A stretch of 64,000 bases of DNA, taken from the NCBI GenBank assembly GCA_036172245.1, contig JAYWIR010000059.1, positions 186,001 to 250,000 on the forward strand, in the 5' to 3' direction. Each line of letters starts with the position of its first letter. Positions within the stretch are counted from its first letter, which is position 1. The notes below the pieces were generated by a model, which saw only the letters and a list, made by a program, of their open reading frames with translations, searched no databases and was not told the origin of the DNA. Below, piece by piece: positions 62,351-64,000 of this stretch. This DNA comes from Raillietiella orientalis (taxonomy: Eukaryota). The translations under genes and the position numbers were made by a program.

Positions 62351-64000
62351 AAATTGCCGGGTTGAGCTACGATTTTCTAGCTAGTTTGTCTCTAACTCCA
62401 CCGTGTTTTCTTTCCTTTCGCAAACAAATTAAGAGGATGAGAATAATATTGCAGAATACATGCTGTGCTTTGGAGGCAGATGTGCCGAATATTTGTATGA
62501 GAATGCAGAACAATCCCTTCTTGGCTCCCGCAAGAAAACTAAAATCTTGACATCTAATTCCAGGATGGAAAGAATCGAGTCTTTTGAGAGGACTCAATTC
62601 TTAAGACTCTCGATGAGTTTCACCATAACTGTACTTCAGAAATGGTGACATTGGTATCGCTTTTTCCGAGGATCCGAAGTACCATACTGCTGATCATATG
62701 GTTCGATCTTCTTTACCAGTAAATACATTAAGATGTGATATGAATGTGCATAGGAAGAGCACTTTCATATTTTATTTGACAACACTAAAAGAAAAAGACG
62801 ATGTCTTGCATAAAGGGGGTTCCCCATCAAAATATGAGTCTGAAAAATGATTCATATAGAGATTTCCTGTTCTGCAAGTGAGCATCAATCCAAAACCATC
62901 TGCAGCCTGGAGTCACTAACAGCGAATGTCAAAACTTCAGAAATGATACTGCATGTATCATGTGTCCACGACTTTCTACACCTCGGAAATAAAGAAAGTG
63001 TAGTTTATTGCATTCCATTCAGCAAATGGATGTTTCGTAAGCTCCTGCAGAGATTTTTGTCGAAACGTCTTTCCTATTTAGCATCAGAAGATAATTTGTA
63101 TTCAGATGTAGAAGTTCTCGGGAGAATTTCAGAGGTGGAAACAAAGATGCAGATACCCAAAAGTTTTTTGGCATAGCGCAATGATGGCAGCTTGCTACTC
63201 TAATTGGTATTTGCCCGTTTTCGCCATTCTTTATGAATTATTGCATTTACAGCAAAAACACAAGCATTTGTTAACAAATATTTGTAACTGTTCTTTTTCA
63301 TTAGATAAAAAACAAATCTATGTTATCCTTTCATCAGCTTTTGTTGAGGAAGGACTGCTAAAACACTTCCTATACACTGGACTTACCCACTTTTTAGTAG
63401 TTCCTTTCATGCATCTTATAACAGTTATTCTATAGGATGTTGAGTGAGTAAATCTGTTTTCTACGCACATTCACACATTAAAGGGAAAGTCGCACATTAC
63501 TGTCCGTCTGCAATAGACTGGTTTTTAGGATTAAGCATTCAAAAGCTCATTTTCGCTCCGGAAGCCCTTATTAGAGTTTTGATAAAAGGGATTTTCCAAA
63601 CTTTAAATCCTTTTCTCTGTTTGCGTGAAGTCTGGTTCAGAGTTCTCATGTGATTTTCTCACAAGAGATCTCTGCTAATTTAGGGTTCGGAGGTAACACA
63701 TTTCACTTTTGGACGTAATGACCGGAAAACTTTTGCAATGAGAAAACCGCATTATTGCTCGCTACTTTCAGTGCTCAAAGTTTAAGCAAAATCAACCATC
63801 TTCATTAATATTTACTCACAAAAGCTCTCTCCCCGAACTCTTTCCTGGCTTCCACGTGTTGCAAAGTTACGGAGGAAACGGGAAGCCAAATAGCGGCACT
63901 GCGCTGGCGCCTAAAACAACACACGAATGGATTATAACATAGAAAGGAACATCTGCAAGCCTTGCTGTGACGGTGGCAACAGACCAGCGAGAATTAAAAT

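Overview
Eukaryotic (animal, probably arthropod-like) genomic DNA. Two intact intron-containing housekeeping genes lie on the minus strand. GAPVD1/RME-6 (RasGAP-like + VPS9) spans 26918-37139 with 21 exons and ~1359 aa; importin-11 spans 49090-52249 with 7 coding exons and ~956 aa. Both are dominated by 41-57 nt mini-introns. Most other sequence is retroelement debris. The first 10 kb is a nest of non-LTR retrotransposons: restriction-like-endonuclease (Utopia/NeSL-type) pieces and Tx1/L1-type copies, one nearly full-length. Penelope-like and other decayed LINE remnants occur further along. Main observations: (1) a 13-nt U2 snRNA match sits exactly at the 3' junction of a Utopia-like element; (2) an unrecognised ~750-nt tRNA-headed SINE-like repeat occurs in two copies, with a body made of small UNCG-type tetraloop hairpins; (3) five Tx1-like copies share an AATAAA + stem-loop terminus; (4) two nested Tx1 insertions have readable target duplications; (5) several ~17-bp fold-back hairpins; (6) a candidate degenerate hammerhead ribozyme follows a Penelope-like remnant. 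All family assignments come from motif recognition by eye, not from database searches.
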